The notes: generated by a model not told the origin, from the sequence alone. Counted from the stretch's first letter, positions 28,934-41,601 are shown. The stretch: 64,000 nt of DNA from Candidatus Latescibacterota bacterium (GCA_965200315.1 OZ241362.1:1376001-1440000), one strand, 5' to 3'. Translations and numbers: made by a program.

Positions 28934-31708
28934 ATGCGCTGTTTAGCTTGGGTCGCGCTCGGTTGGCTGCTCGTGGCTTCGGCCGCCGCCGGCCAAGGGT
29001 TTGGCCAAAACAAAGTGCAGTACGCGGAGTTTGCGTGGCGGAAAATGGAGACTGAGCACTTTGACGTGTACTTCTTCGCCGAAGAGGCCGAGTTGGCCGC
29101 GTACGCCGCGCAAATGGCCGAGCGTCAGTTTGCCGACTTGGAAAAGAAGTTTGCCCACACTGTGCAGCGGCGGGTGCCGTTGGTGGTCTATTCCTCGCAC
29201 ATCTACTTTGAACAGACGAATATCATCCCCAATCTCCTGCCCGAGGGGGTAGCGGGTTTCACCGAATACCTCAAAGGGAGGGTCGCGTTGCCCCTGAGCG
29301 GCTCCCTGCCCGAATTCGAGCGGGTGCTGCACCACGAGTTGGTTCACGTCTTCACGTTTGACCGCATCGCGCGGGTGTTGGCGCAGCACGGGGTGTTGGA
29401 CTTCCGCCCAGCGCCGCTGTGGTTTTCCGAAGGGCTGGCCGAGTACTGGTCGAGTGAGCGCAACAGCTTTGGCGACATGGTGGTGCGCGACGCGCTCTTT
29501 GCGCGGCGGTTGGTGTCCATCGCCGAGATGTATCGCATCTACGGCACCTTTCAGATGTACAAGGAAGGCGAGTCGATCTGCCACTTTATGGCGGCGCGGC
29601 ACGGAGCCGATGTGTTTGAACAGCTCTTTGCCAATTGGTGGCGCGGCGAGACCTTTGCCGAGATTTTTGCGATCACGACCGGCGAGAGCTTGGAAAAGTT
29701 CGACCAGGCTTGGCAATACCACTTGCACAAGCGGCACCTGCCGGCGATCGCCGACCGCGACCCCCCGTCCGAATTGGCGACCGCCCGCACGCAGCGCGGC
29801 TTTAACATCAAGCCCGAAATCATCCCCGGAGACAGCAGCGCATTCTACCACTTCCGCAACGATCAAGGCTATACGCAGATCGTCCGCGCCCGCCGCGACG
29901 GCAGCGAACCCGAGGTCGTAGTCGAAGGTGAGCGTCTGCCGGTCTTTGAGTCCTTGCACCCGCTTTCGACGCGGCTGGCCGCCTCCCCAGACGGCAAGTG
30001 GCTGGCCTTTGCGGCCAAGAGCCGAGGCCGCGATCACCTGTACATCTGGGACGTGGAACAAAAGCGCACGGTGGGCGATTTGTCGTTTGCCGAAATCGTC
30101 GCGATTGCGTCGCCATCGTTTGCGCCCGACGGGCAGCGGCTGGCCTTTGCCGGCAGCGATGAAGGGGGCTGGACCGACATTTATCTGGTCGATGTAACGG
30201 GCGATAGCCTCCGCGCCTTGCGCCGCGACCTCTATCACGACCGCGAGCCCGACTGGTCACCGGATGGTCGGCACATCGTCTTTAGCTCCGACCGCTGGGC
30301 CGGCGGACGGCGCGGGCGCTACAACTTGTTCCTATACGATTTGGTGACCGAGCAGATCTCGGCTCTCAGCCGCGGCGAGCACAACGACGGGCAGCCGCGC
30401 TGGTCGCCAGACGGTGAGCGCATCGTCTTTAGCTCCGACCGCGCGGGCGCGTACAACATCTATGCCTTGCAGCTAGCGGGCGAGCGCACTGCGACCCGGC
30501 GGTTGACCCACGTGTTGACGGGTGCGTTTGATCCGGTGCTATTGGCCGATGGCCAGCACCTGCTCTTTTCTGGATATGAGAGCGGCGGCTTCCAAATTTA
30601 CGAGCTCGCCGTGGACTGGGCCGACAGCTCACAAGTCAGCTATCAGCACATAGAAGAGGCAGCGGCCGAGCCGTGGTCGCTGGCGAGTCTGTACGGCCAG
30701 AGCGAGGTCGCCAGCCAGCCCTATGAGCGCAAGATGAGCCTCGACATAGCCCAAGGCCAGATCTCTCAGGACCCGGAATTTGGCACCTCGGGCGGCATCC
30801 AAGTGGCCCTGAGCGACGTACTGGGCAACGACCAGTACCACTTCGTGCTCTCGCACATTGCCGACAGTCGATCCGGTTTCCTCGACGGCCTGAACGTGGC
30901 CTTGACGCGCCTCCACCTCGGGCAGCGGCTCAACGCATATTGGGGCGTATTCCGGCTCAACGACCGCTTTTCGAGCCGCTTTGGCCGGTTTGTGCGCGAA
31001 GAACGCTTGGGGGCCCACATTGGGTTGAGCTATCCCTTTTCCCAGCACGACCGCATCGACACCCGGCTCTCGCTGCGCCACGCTGAAATCGACCGGCAGT
31101 TCGAGGGGCGAAAGCTGTCGGGTTGGCTGGCCAACAACTACGTCAGCTATACCCACGACAGCAGCCTGTGGATTCCGACCGGGCCGCTGGAGGGCCGGCG
31201 CTACAGCCTTGGGCTGGCGCAGACGATCGACTTTAAGACCTCGCGGCGATTCAATATCACGCTCTTTGGCGACTATCGGCACTACCTCCGCCTCTCGCAG
31301 CGCAGCGCGTTGGCCGTGCGCCTGATGGGTCGGCGCTCCACCGGCGTAGTGCCCGAGTTTTTCTCCTTGGGGGGCAGTTGGACGCTGCGGGGCTATCGCT
31401 GGCGCTCGCTGTGGGGCAGTAAGATGGTGCTGTACAACCAAGAGCTGCGCTTCCCCTTGGTCGATCGGTTCTTGCTCCGCTTTCCGTTTGGGGCCATGGA
31501 GTTTAGCGCCTTTCGAGGGGCGCTCTTTTTCGACGTGGGCAATGCGTGGAACGACGACTTTGAGCAATGGCGCGCGGCGTTTGGCACGGGGGTGCGCTTG
31601 GCCTTGGGCGGGGTTTTCGTCTTTCGCGTGGATGCGGCGCGGCGCACGGATTTCAAGTCCATCGACAGCGACACGCGCTGGGATTTCTTCTTCGGCTGGG
31701 ATTATTAA
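28934..31708 (+). CDS. Peptidase MA-like + PD40 propeller + Omp85/BamA-type barrel fusion
   Basis: FGQNKVQY, HHELVH...WFSEGLAE, WSPDG repeats, LGGSWTLRGY, NQELRFP, aromatic C-terminus FFFGWDY. Confidence 0.88.
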   Translation: MRCLAWVALGWLLVASAAAGQGFGQNKVQYAEFAWRKMETEHFDVYFFAEEAELAAYAAQMAERQFADLEKKFAHTVQRRVPLVVYSSHIYFEQTNIIPNLLPEGVAGFTEYLKGRVALPLSGSLPEFERVLHHELVHVFTFDRIARVLAQHGVLDFRPAPLWFSEGLAEYWSSERNSFGDMVVRDALFARRLVSIAEMYRIYGTFQMYKEGESICHFMAARHGADVFEQLFANWWRGETFAEIFAITTGESLEKFDQAWQYHLHKRHLPAIADRDPPSELATARTQRGFNIKPEIIPGDSSAFYHFRNDQGYTQIVRARRDGSEPEVVVEGERLPVFESLHPLSTRLAASPDGKWLAFAAKSRGRDHLYIWDVEQKRTVGDLSFAEIVAIASPSFAPDGQRLAFAGSDEGGWTDIYLVDVTGDSLRALRRDLYHDREPDWSPDGRHIVFSSDRWAGGRRGRYNLFLYDLVTEQISALSRGEHNDGQPRWSPDGERIVFSSDRAGAYNIYALQLAGERTATRRLTHVLTGAFDPVLLADGQHLLFSGYESGGFQIYELAVDWADSSQVSYQHIEEAAAEPWSLASLYGQSEVASQPYERKMSLDIAQGQISQDPEFGTSGGIQVALSDVLGNDQYHFVLSHIADSRSGFLDGLNVALTRLHLGQRLNAYWGVFRLNDRFSSRFGRFVREERLGAHIGLSYPFSQHDRIDTRLSLRHAEIDRQFEGRKLSGWLANNYVSYTHDSSLWIPTGPLEGRRYSLGLAQTIDFKTSRRFNITLFGDYRHYLRLSQRSALAVRLMGRRSTGVVPEFFSLGGSWTLRGYRWRSLWGSKMVLYNQELRFPLVDRFLLRFPFGAMEFSAFRGALFFDVGNAWNDDFEQWRAAFGTGVRLALGGVFVFRVDAARRTDFKSIDSDTRWDFFFGWDY

Positions 31709-32767
31709 ATGCGCTACGCCTTGCTCGGATTTTGTCTGTTGACGGCCTGCGGCGAAAAGGTGCTCTACCTCGGCGCACCGGGGCACGGCGCAGTGGGAGT
31801 TGAGCCGCCGCTGCAACTTTTGTGGACGCACAAAATGGACGGCTCGCCGCTGGGCGGTGCGCTCTTTGCCGGTGATTTGATCCTCCAACTGACGACTGAG
31901 CCGACCCTCTATGCGCTGAACCGGCGCAACGGCACCCAGTTGGGCAAGCACGGATACGACAAGATGGCGTGTGCTCCCGGGCAGTTGGCCGGGGCGCTGT
32001 ACGCGCTGGGGATGCTGGGCCGCAAGCCTAGCTTGCGGGTCTTGGATCGGCGGACGGCAACAGAGCGTTGGCAGCACGAGGGAGCGTTTTGTCAGATGCC
32101 GATCGTGCGCGGCGATACCTTGATCGCGGTGGATGATAAAGGCGTGGTGCAGGCGCTGCGCCTCGCCGACGGACATGTGCTGTGGCGCGCTGAATTGGGT
32201 GGGCTGGTGCGGACTGGCTTGGCGCTGCGCGGCGATCTCGCGTTTGCTGGCACGGCGTCCGGGGACTTGGTGACTTTGAACGCAGCAACCGGCAAAGAGC
32301 GCTGGCGCACGGGCTTGGGGGAAGCTGTGCGCTCGCGGCCGCTAGCCGCTAGCGAGCGCGTGTTTGCGGCCACGGCCTCCGGCCGGGTACTGGCCGCCAG
32401 CCGCGACTCCGGCCAAGTGGTGTGGGAGCGGGCCTTGGGCGCACTGCCGACCGCGGAGTTGGCGCTAGCGGCGGGCGTGCTGGTAGTAGGCTGCGCCGAC
32501 CGCTACTTCTATGGACTAGACGCGGCCACCGGAGAGGTGCGGTGGACGTTTGCCACTAAGGGCGTGGTGCGCAGCAGCCCAGCCGCCACGGTGCATACCG
32601 CGTATGGTGCTTCCAGCGACGGCCATCTCTACGCCTTGGATTTGCAAGATGGACATCTGCTGTGGAAATACCGCTTGGACGGGCCGGTTTTGGTGCCGGT
32701 GTCCTTGGGCGCGGAGGTCGTCGCTGTCGCCACTGAGAAGCGGCTCCTCTACGTGTTTGGACGCTGA
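31709..32767 (+). CDS. PQQ-like beta-propeller lipoprotein (BamB-like)
   Basis: Lipobox LTAC; repeated LYALDxxTGxxxW. Confidence 0.85.
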   Translation: MRYALLGFCLLTACGEKVLYLGAPGHGAVGVEPPLQLLWTHKMDGSPLGGALFAGDLILQLTTEPTLYALNRRNGTQLGKHGYDKMACAPGQLAGALYALGMLGRKPSLRVLDRRTATERWQHEGAFCQMPIVRGDTLIAVDDKGVVQALRLADGHVLWRAELGGLVRTGLALRGDLAFAGTASGDLVTLNAATGKERWRTGLGEAVRSRPLAASERVFAATASGRVLAASRDSGQVVWERALGALPTAELALAAGVLVVGCADRYFYGLDAATGEVRWTFATKGVVRSSPAATVHTAYGASSDGHLYALDLQDGHLLWKYRLDGPVLVPVSLGAEVVAVATEKRLLYVFGR

Positions 32768-32781
32768 GCGAGGGAAACTCC

Positions 32782-33210
32782 ATGAAAAAGACGATTGCTT
32801 GGTGCTTGGTGCTGCTTTCAGGTGCGCCGACATGGGCCGAACCATTGGAGTTGCCGCGGCAGCTAGCTCCGTTGGAAGCGGCCTTAGCCGCGCAATGGGC
32901 CGAGCGGCCGGTGCTTAAGCAGCGGTCAATGCCAACTGCGGCTGCGGCTGCGGGCAAGGAGAAACGCTCGCGCAAGAAGCTCTACCTGAGCGCGGCCGTG
33001 GCCGTGGGGGCCGGTGCGGTGGCCTACTGGAGCAAGGAGCGGGCCGATGCTGCGTACGGCCGCTATTTGCGCTCGGCCAGCGTGGCGCGTCAGCAGCGAG
33101 AATTGGACGAGGCCAAGCACTTTGACCGCATAGCCGGCACGGCGTTTGTCGGCATGGAAGTAGGCTTGGTACTCAGCTCGTACCTGCTCTTTTTTAGGTC
33201 TCGGTCGTGA
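32782..33210 (+). CDS. Hypothetical membrane protein
   Basis: Signal peptide plus two hydrophobic helices; operonic spacing. Confidence 0.65.
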   Translation: MKKTIAWCLVLLSGAPTWAEPLELPRQLAPLEAALAAQWAERPVLKQRSMPTAAAAAGKEKRSRKKLYLSAAVAVGAGAVAYWSKERADAAYGRYLRSASVARQQRELDEAKHFDRIAGTAFVGMEVGLVLSSYLLFFRSRS

Positions 33211-34457
33211 GAAGCTGTCTCTGGATAGGGTGCTGCCTCGGCGCACTGGTCTTAGCTTGCAGCGATCGCCCGCGGCGCAACCCACTCGACCCGCAAGCCG
33301 AGGATGTGCAGAGCGAGTCGTTTAGCCCCTTGACGGCCTTGGCACTCAACGGCGAGGTGGAGTTGCAGTGGGACTTTTCCCACTTTTCCGATATCAAAGG
33401 CTACCGACTCTACCGCCGTCAGCCCAAGGGCGAGTGGGAGCCGATCACCCCGGGGCTGGCACCCGATGCGACCGCGTACTCGGACGCCGGGTTGCAAAAC
33501 GGGATGCACTACGAGTACCAACTCGGCTTGCTCGTCGCCGGGGAAGATGAACGCCCTAGCGGCAAGCCTGTGTCTGCTACGCCCGGCCCGGAAGTCGCTT
33601 GGGTGGCCGACCGCCACGCCGGGCTGGTGTGGAAAATCAGCGCGGATGCACGCAGCGCGCATTTTGCTCAGGGGCACTTTTTCGACTTGGCGGCGATTGC
33701 GCTCGACGTGGCCGATGGTTCGTGTTGGGTCAGCGACCGGGGGTTTGCCGGGCTATACCGGATTGCGAAAGACGGCGCGTTGACCACATTGGCCGCGGCC
33801 GTGGAGACACCCGGTGCTCTATCTATTGACGCCGCAGCGCGGATTGGCTGGTTGGCCGACGCGGGGCAGCAGCGGGTCTTTTTCTTTTTCTTAGACGCGA
33901 CAGATGTACTCTCCCTATTCCCGGTCGACGCCACCTTTACCCAGCCCGTGGCATTGGCCGCACAGGACGGGGGTTGCTGGATCGCCGACCAAGCCCAAGG
34001 CCGGGTGCTGTTCTACCAGACCGATGGCACCCGCGCCGTTGAATTTCGCACGCTGACAGCTCCCGAGGGGTTAGCGGCAGGTTCGGAGGGGGATGTGTGG
34101 CTGTTGGGTGGCGAGGGGAGCAGCTTGACGCGGTTGGACCGCACGGGCCGGGTCCTCGACGTGGAGCTACCTTTTGCGGTAGCCGTGGGACTGGCCGTGG
34201 ATGGCGCGAGCGGTGCCTGCTGGGTACTGGGGGAAAGGGACTTGGCGGTGTTGTCGGCCGACGGGACCTTACAGCAGCACTGGACCGACGTGCCCCAAGG
34301 CCGCGCCCTGTCCTTTGACGCGGTGCAGCAGCGGGCGTGGATTGCGACCGGCAACGCGCTGTTGAAATTCGCGCCCGAGGGCCAGACCCTCGCACAGCTC
34401 GACGGCTTTTCGTCCATCGTCCACATTGCCGTAGATCCAGGCGGCCGCAGCCGCTAG
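33207..34457 (+). CDS. Lipoprotein with FN3 domain and NHL-like beta-propeller
   Basis: LACS lipobox, RRNPLDP, LQW...GYRLYR...YEY FN3 pattern, repeated CWVxD motifs. Confidence 0.75.
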   Translation: MRSCLWIGCCLGALVLACSDRPRRNPLDPQAEDVQSESFSPLTALALNGEVELQWDFSHFSDIKGYRLYRRQPKGEWEPITPGLAPDATAYSDAGLQNGMHYEYQLGLLVAGEDERPSGKPVSATPGPEVAWVADRHAGLVWKISADARSAHFAQGHFFDLAAIALDVADGSCWVSDRGFAGLYRIAKDGALTTLAAAVETPGALSIDAAARIGWLADAGQQRVFFFFLDATDVLSLFPVDATFTQPVALAAQDGGCWIADQAQGRVLFYQTDGTRAVEFRTLTAPEGLAAGSEGDVWLLGGEGSSLTRLDRTGRVLDVELPFAVAVGLAVDGASGACWVLGERDLAVLSADGTLQQHWTDVPQGRALSFDAVQQRAWIATGNALLKFAPEGQTLAQLDGFSSIVHIAVDPGGRSR

Positions 34458-34527
34458 CCCTCTCTTGCATGGGTTGTACTCCTTAACGACCTTCCTTAGT
34501 TGCAACTTCAATTCCGCGAGAAGCAAT

Positions 34528-35496
34528 ATGACCGAACCAGCCCCCATTCACAGCATGACCGGCTTTGGCCGCGCCGCGGCCGAGCGGCAGGGTTTGCGGA
34601 TCGGCGTCGAATTGCGGTCGGTCAACAGCCGCTACCTCGATATACAGGTGCGCTGCCCGGCCGAAATCCAGTCCTTTGAGTCGGCCATCCGCGAGCGGAT
34701 TCAGGCGCAGGTCGGCCGCGGCAAGATAAGCGCGAATATCGCTTGGGATGAGGAAGGCCAGCCCGAGGCCCTGCCCCAGCTGGACGAGGAAGTCGCCAAG
34801 CACTATCTGGCCCAACTGCGGCGGCTGGCTGAATTGGCCCACATCGAAGCGGCCGACAGTCGGGCCGTGCTGCCCCGGCGCAAGGCGTTTCTCGCTCGCT
34901 TCAAAGGGCTAGAGCAGTTCAACGTGGGAATTGAGCGGGTGCTGTTGGCGAAGCTGCCCAAGCTCTTTCGCGTTCAAGCCGCAGCGCTGGATAGCGCGGT
35001 CGTACAAGAGGTACTGTGGGCGGGGCTGGACGAAGCGCTGGCCGAGTTGGTGGCCATGCGCGCGGCTGAAGGACGCGCCCTCGCTGTGGACTTGCGCGGT
35101 CGGGTCGAGTCGGTGGGGGCGCTGCTGGAGCGCGTAGTCGAGCGAACGCAGGCGACCCGAGGGCAGGTTGCCGAGCGGCTGCGGGAAAAGATCGCCGCCC
35201 TACTCGCGCCCGGAGCGGTGGCCGAAGATCGCCTCGCCACGGAAATTGCCCTGCTCGCCGAGCGCAGCGACATCGTCGAAGAAATCGTCCGCTTCCGCAG
35301 CCACAATGCCCAGTTCCTCGACACCTTGGCGCAGGGCGGCGAAGTGGGGAAGCGCTTGAACTTTCTCTTGCAGGAAATGCACCGCGAAGCCAACACCATC
35401 AATGCCAAGGCCGCAGACGCCGAGATCGCCCACGGGGTGGTCGAGATCAAAGAGGAAGTTGAGCGGCTGCGCGAGCAGGTGCAAAACTTGGCGTGA
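34528..35496 (+). CDS. yicC: YicC/YloC family endoribonuclease
   Basis: SMTGFG, ELRSVNSRYLD, EEIVRF, GKRLNFLLQEMHREANTI, EQVQN. Confidence 0.93.
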   Translation: MTEPAPIHSMTGFGRAAAERQGLRIGVELRSVNSRYLDIQVRCPAEIQSFESAIRERIQAQVGRGKISANIAWDEEGQPEALPQLDEEVAKHYLAQLRRLAELAHIEAADSRAVLPRRKAFLARFKGLEQFNVGIERVLLAKLPKLFRVQAAALDSAVVQEVLWAGLDEALAELVAMRAAEGRALAVDLRGRVESVGALLERVVERTQATRGQVAERLREKIAALLAPGAVAEDRLATEIALLAERSDIVEEIVRFRSHNAQFLDTLAQGGEVGKRLNFLLQEMHREANTINAKAADAEIAHGVVEIKEEVERLREQVQNLA

Positions 35497-35504
35497 GGGC
35501 ATCT

Positions 35505-36047
35505 ATGGCATCCGTGCAGATCATTACCATCAGCGGCTTGGCCGGCAGCGGCACCACCACGGTGTGCGACCGGCTGTGTGCGCGGTTGGGCTGGGCTTAT
35601 GTCAATGCCGGAGCCGTCTTTCGCAAGCTGGCCCAAGAGGCGGGCGTGAGCTTGGCCGAGTTTGGCCAGCGGGCCGAAGCCGATGGCTGCATCGACCGCC
35701 AGCTCGATATGCGCTTGGTCGCGCAAGCGCGGGCGAGTGCGCCGGTCGTCGTCGAAGGGCGGCTCACCGGCTGGATGGCCCAGCGGTACCAGCTTCCAGC
35801 CCTCAAGGTTTGGCTGCAAGCCGCGCTCGCCGTGCGGGCCGAGCGCGTGGGGCAGCGCGAGGGCAAGCCGCTGGCGCAAGCCTTGGCGGAAACGCGCCAG
35901 CGCGAGGCTTCTGAGGCCCAGCGCTACGCCGCGCATCACCAAATCGCCATCAGCGACTTATCGGTGTACGACTTGGTCGTCGATACCGAGTGCTGCAATC
36001 CTCAAGCCGCCTGCGCGCACATCTTGGCGCGTCTCGATCAGCCATGA
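35505..36047 (+). CDS. cmk: Cytidylate kinase, archaeal type (COG1102-like)
   Basis: ITISGLAGSGTTT, AGAVFR, IDRQLD, VVEGRLTGW, RAER, YDLVVDT; about 180 aa. Confidence 0.8.
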   Translation: MASVQIITISGLAGSGTTTVCDRLCARLGWAYVNAGAVFRKLAQEAGVSLAEFGQRAEADGCIDRQLDMRLVAQARASAPVVVEGRLTGWMAQRYQLPALKVWLQAALAVRAERVGQREGKPLAQALAETRQREASEAQRYAAHHQIAISDLSVYDLVVDTECCNPQAACAHILARLDQP

Positions 36048-37243
36048 GCTTGCAGGTCCGCCACATCCTGCTCGGAGTTACCGGCGGGATTGCCGCTTAC
36101 AAGACGCCGGAGATCGTGCGGCTGCTGACGGCTGAAGGGGCCGAGGTGCGGGTGGTGCTGACCCGCGCGGCGGGCGCATTCGTCGCGCCCAAGACGTTGG
36201 AGGTGCTTTCCCGCCACGTGGTGTACAGCGACTTGTTCGGCCGCGACGCAGAGTTTCCCGTTTTGCACGTGGGGTTGGCCGAGTGGGCCGACCTAATTTT
36301 AGTAGCGCCGGCTACGGCGCACTGCTTGGGGCGCATAGCCAGTGGTTTGGCTGACGACTTGCTCACCTCGGTATTGTTGTGCGCGGATGGGCCCGTCCTG
36401 CTGGCGCCGTCGATGGAGGAGAACATGTTCGCCAATGCGGCGGTCGCGGCCAATGTGCAGACCTTGGCAGAGCGGGGGTTCCATCTGTTCGACCCGGGAG
36501 TGGGGCCTTTGGCGTCGGGTGCGATCGGCCGCGGGCGAATGCCCGAGCCAGCGGAGTTAGTCGCGGCGGTGGCAGCGCATTTCAGCGGCGACTTGGATGG
36601 GCTGAAGCTGTTGGTAACGGCTGGTCCCACGGTTGAGGACCTCGATCCGGTGCGCTTTATTTCCAATCGCTCGTCGGGCAAGATGGGCTATGCTCTAGCC
36701 GAGCGAGCCGCGGCGCGTGGGGGCCGCGTATGGCTGGTCGCCGGGCCTACGGTGCTGCCTGCGCCCGCTGGCGTGGAGCACCAGTTGGTGCGCTCGACGC
36801 TCGACATGCAGTGCGCTGTCGAAGCCTTGTTTGAACAAGTAGATGGGGCGATTTTGGCGGCCGCTCCGGCCGACTACCGAGCCAAGGAAGTGGCCGCGCA
36901 AAAAATCAAGCGCGGCGCAGAGCCGCGTTCTATCGAGCTGGTCGAAAACCCGGACATTGCCGCTGGGCTGGGTCGGCGCAAGGGCCAGCGGTTGCTGGTC
37001 ATCTTTGCGATGGAGACGGAAAAGGGGCCGGAGCGGGCGCGGGAGAAGCTGGCGCGCAAGGGGGGCGACCTAATCGTGCTCAACATGCTCAACGACGAGG
37101 GGGCTGGTTTTGCCGGCGACACCAACCGCGTTACCCTGATCGACGCCGCTGGCCGCGAGGAAGCCCTGCCCCTGCTGAGCAAGTCAGCGGTTGCCGATCG
37201 CATTCTCGACTGGGTGCGGACGCGGCGGGAGGCGGTCATTTAA
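36044..37243 (+). CDS. coaBC: Phosphopantothenoylcysteine decarboxylase/ligase
   Basis: GVTGGIAAYK, APATA, TAGPTxEDLDPVRFISNRSSGKMG. Confidence 0.96.
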   Translation: MSLQVRHILLGVTGGIAAYKTPEIVRLLTAEGAEVRVVLTRAAGAFVAPKTLEVLSRHVVYSDLFGRDAEFPVLHVGLAEWADLILVAPATAHCLGRIASGLADDLLTSVLLCADGPVLLAPSMEENMFANAAVAANVQTLAERGFHLFDPGVGPLASGAIGRGRMPEPAELVAAVAAHFSGDLDGLKLLVTAGPTVEDLDPVRFISNRSSGKMGYALAERAAARGGRVWLVAGPTVLPAPAGVEHQLVRSTLDMQCAVEALFEQVDGAILAAAPADYRAKEVAAQKIKRGAEPRSIELVENPDIAAGLGRRKGQRLLVIFAMETEKGPERAREKLARKGGDLIVLNMLNDEGAGFAGDTNRVTLIDAAGREEALPLLSKSAVADRILDWVRTRREAVI

Positions 37244-37267
37244 TCCATACTTAGCGAGGATGTCGCT

Positions 37268-37951
37268 ATGGAAGAGCGGAACGAGGACTCCCTAGCCGAG
37301 GCCCGGCGCTATCTATCCGATTTAGTGGCTTTTGAAGGGACCCAATTCACAGCACCGGAGGCGATTGTGGAGCACAGCGCGGAGGAACCAGCGGTCGGGG
37401 CTTTAGAAGCCTTTCGCCGCCAGATTTGCGAATGCACCCGCTGTCGGCTGGGTGCGACGCGGCAGAATTTCGTGTTTGGCAGCGGCGATCCAGCAGCTGG
37501 CATCATGTTCATCGGCGAGGCCCCCGGAGCCGAGGAAGACCGCGTGGGTCAGCCCTTTGTAGGAAAAGCTGGGCAACTGCTGACCAAGATCATCGAGGCT
37601 ATGGGCCTATCGCGTGACGCGGTCTATATCTGCAACATACTCAAGTGCCGCCCGCCCAATAACCGCGACCCCCTGCCCGACGAGATTGAGCACTGCGATC
37701 CGTATCTCAAGCGCCAGATCGAAATCGTCCAGCCCCGCGTCATCTGCACCTTGGGCCGCTTTGCCGCGCAGACCCTGCTCCGCAGCCGCGAGCCTATGGG
37801 CCGCTTGCGCGATCAGGCGCACCACTACGAGGGCATCCCCTTGGTGGCCACGTACCACCCGGCGGCCCTCTTGCGCAACCCCCAGTGGAAGCGCCCGACT
37901 TGGGAGGACGTCAAGCGGGTGCGAAAGCTCTACGACGGGGTCGAACTCTAA
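37268..37951 (+). CDS. Uracil-DNA glycosylase, family 4
   Basis: CTRC, GEAPG, FVGKAG, KCRPP, YHPAALL. Confidence 0.93.
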   Translation: MEERNEDSLAEARRYLSDLVAFEGTQFTAPEAIVEHSAEEPAVGALEAFRRQICECTRCRLGATRQNFVFGSGDPAAGIMFIGEAPGAEEDRVGQPFVGKAGQLLTKIIEAMGLSRDAVYICNILKCRPPNNRDPLPDEIEHCDPYLKRQIEIVQPRVICTLGRFAAQTLLRSREPMGRLRDQAHHYEGIPLVATYHPAALLRNPQWKRPTWEDVKRVRKLYDGVEL

Positions 37952-37968
37952 GTTTTTGGAGCTAAACC

Positions 37969-39351
37969 ATGACCCAAAGTCCAAATGGCGATCAGCGTCT
38001 CGGGCGGATGCCGCCGCAGGCCGTAGAGGTCGAGCAGGCCGTACTCGGAGCGATGATGCTAGAGCAACGGGCCATTGTCCGCGCCGTTGAAATCCTCGAC
38101 GAAAGCTGTTTCTACCACGCCCCCCACAGCCGGATATTCGCGGCCATGACCGAGCTTTTTGAGCGGGGCACAGCGGTCGATCAGCTAACCTTGACCGAGG
38201 AACTCAAGCGCCGCGGCCAACTCGACGATGTCGGCGGGGTTGTCTATCTGGCCAAGCTAGGGTCTGAAGTGGCCACGACGGCCAATATCGACTTTCACGC
38301 GCGGATCATTTTGGAGAAGGCGCTGGGCCGCAAGTTGATCGAAACCTCTAGCGAAATCATCGAGCGGGCGTACGCGGCGGACGAGGATGTCCAGCTTCTG
38401 ATCGACAATGCCGAGCAGAAGCTGTTCAGCCTGAGCGAAAACCAAATCGGCGCGGGCTTTGAGCCGCTCGAAAAGGTGATGGGCGAAACGTTCGAGCACC
38501 TCGAGCGCGTCCACGCGCGGGCCGGCACGGTCTTGGGGGTGGATACGGGTTTTGCCGATCTCAACGACCAGATGTCGGGTTTTCAGAAGGGCGATCTGAT
38601 CATTCTCGCGGCGCGGCCCAGCGTCGGCAAGACGGCCCTCGCATTGACGTTGGCTCGCAATGCGGCTGTGGAGGGTGGCGTTGGGGTGGCGATTTTCAGC
38701 TTGGAAATGTCTAAGATGCAGCTAGCCCAGCGCCTGCTCAGCGCGGAGACCAAGGTCGATTTGCACAAGCTACGCACCGGCCGGCTAAGTGACGAAGACT
38801 GGATGCACCTAACTCACAATATCGACCGCTTGGCCCGAGCGCCGATTTACATAGACGACACCCCCGGCATATCGGTGCTCGAAGCGCGGGCCAAGGCGCG
38901 GCGCCTACAGCGCGAGTTTGGGATTGACATGGTCATAATCGACTATCTGCAACTGATGAGTGGACATGTTAGGGCGCAGAGCCGCGAGCAGGAGATTTCG
39001 CATATCTCGCGCGGCCTCAAGGCCATGGCCAAAGAATTGGACGTGCCGGTTTTGGCCTTGTCGCAGTTGTCACGCGCCGTAGAAAGCCGCACAGACCGGC
39101 GGCCGCAGCTATCGGACCTGCGGGAGTCGGGCAGCTTGGAGCAGGACGCCGATATGGTGATGTTCATTTATCGTCCAGAGATGTACGATCTCAAGTCTCC
39201 AGACGGTGAGAGTCTGGAGGGCCTTGCCCAAATCATCATCGGCAAGCAGCGCAACGGCCCGGTTGGCTCGGTGGATTTGATGTGGAACAAGGAAAGTGCC
39301 ACGTACGAGGCGATGGCACCCGGATGGCGGACGGGGCCGGAAGAGTATTAG
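37969..39351 (+). CDS. dnaB: Replicative DNA helicase
   Basis: AARPSVGKT, IDYLQL, LSQLSR, DLRESGSLEQDAD, KQRNG. Confidence 0.98.
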   Translation: MTQSPNGDQRLGRMPPQAVEVEQAVLGAMMLEQRAIVRAVEILDESCFYHAPHSRIFAAMTELFERGTAVDQLTLTEELKRRGQLDDVGGVVYLAKLGSEVATTANIDFHARIILEKALGRKLIETSSEIIERAYAADEDVQLLIDNAEQKLFSLSENQIGAGFEPLEKVMGETFEHLERVHARAGTVLGVDTGFADLNDQMSGFQKGDLIILAARPSVGKTALALTLARNAAVEGGVGVAIFSLEMSKMQLAQRLLSAETKVDLHKLRTGRLSDEDWMHLTHNIDRLARAPIYIDDTPGISVLEARAKARRLQREFGIDMVIIDYLQLMSGHVRAQSREQEISHISRGLKAMAKELDVPVLALSQLSRAVESRTDRRPQLSDLRESGSLEQDADMVMFIYRPEMYDLKSPDGESLEGLAQIIIGKQRNGPVGSVDLMWNKESATYEAMAPGWRTGPEEY

Positions 39352-41601
<2,250 letters not shown>

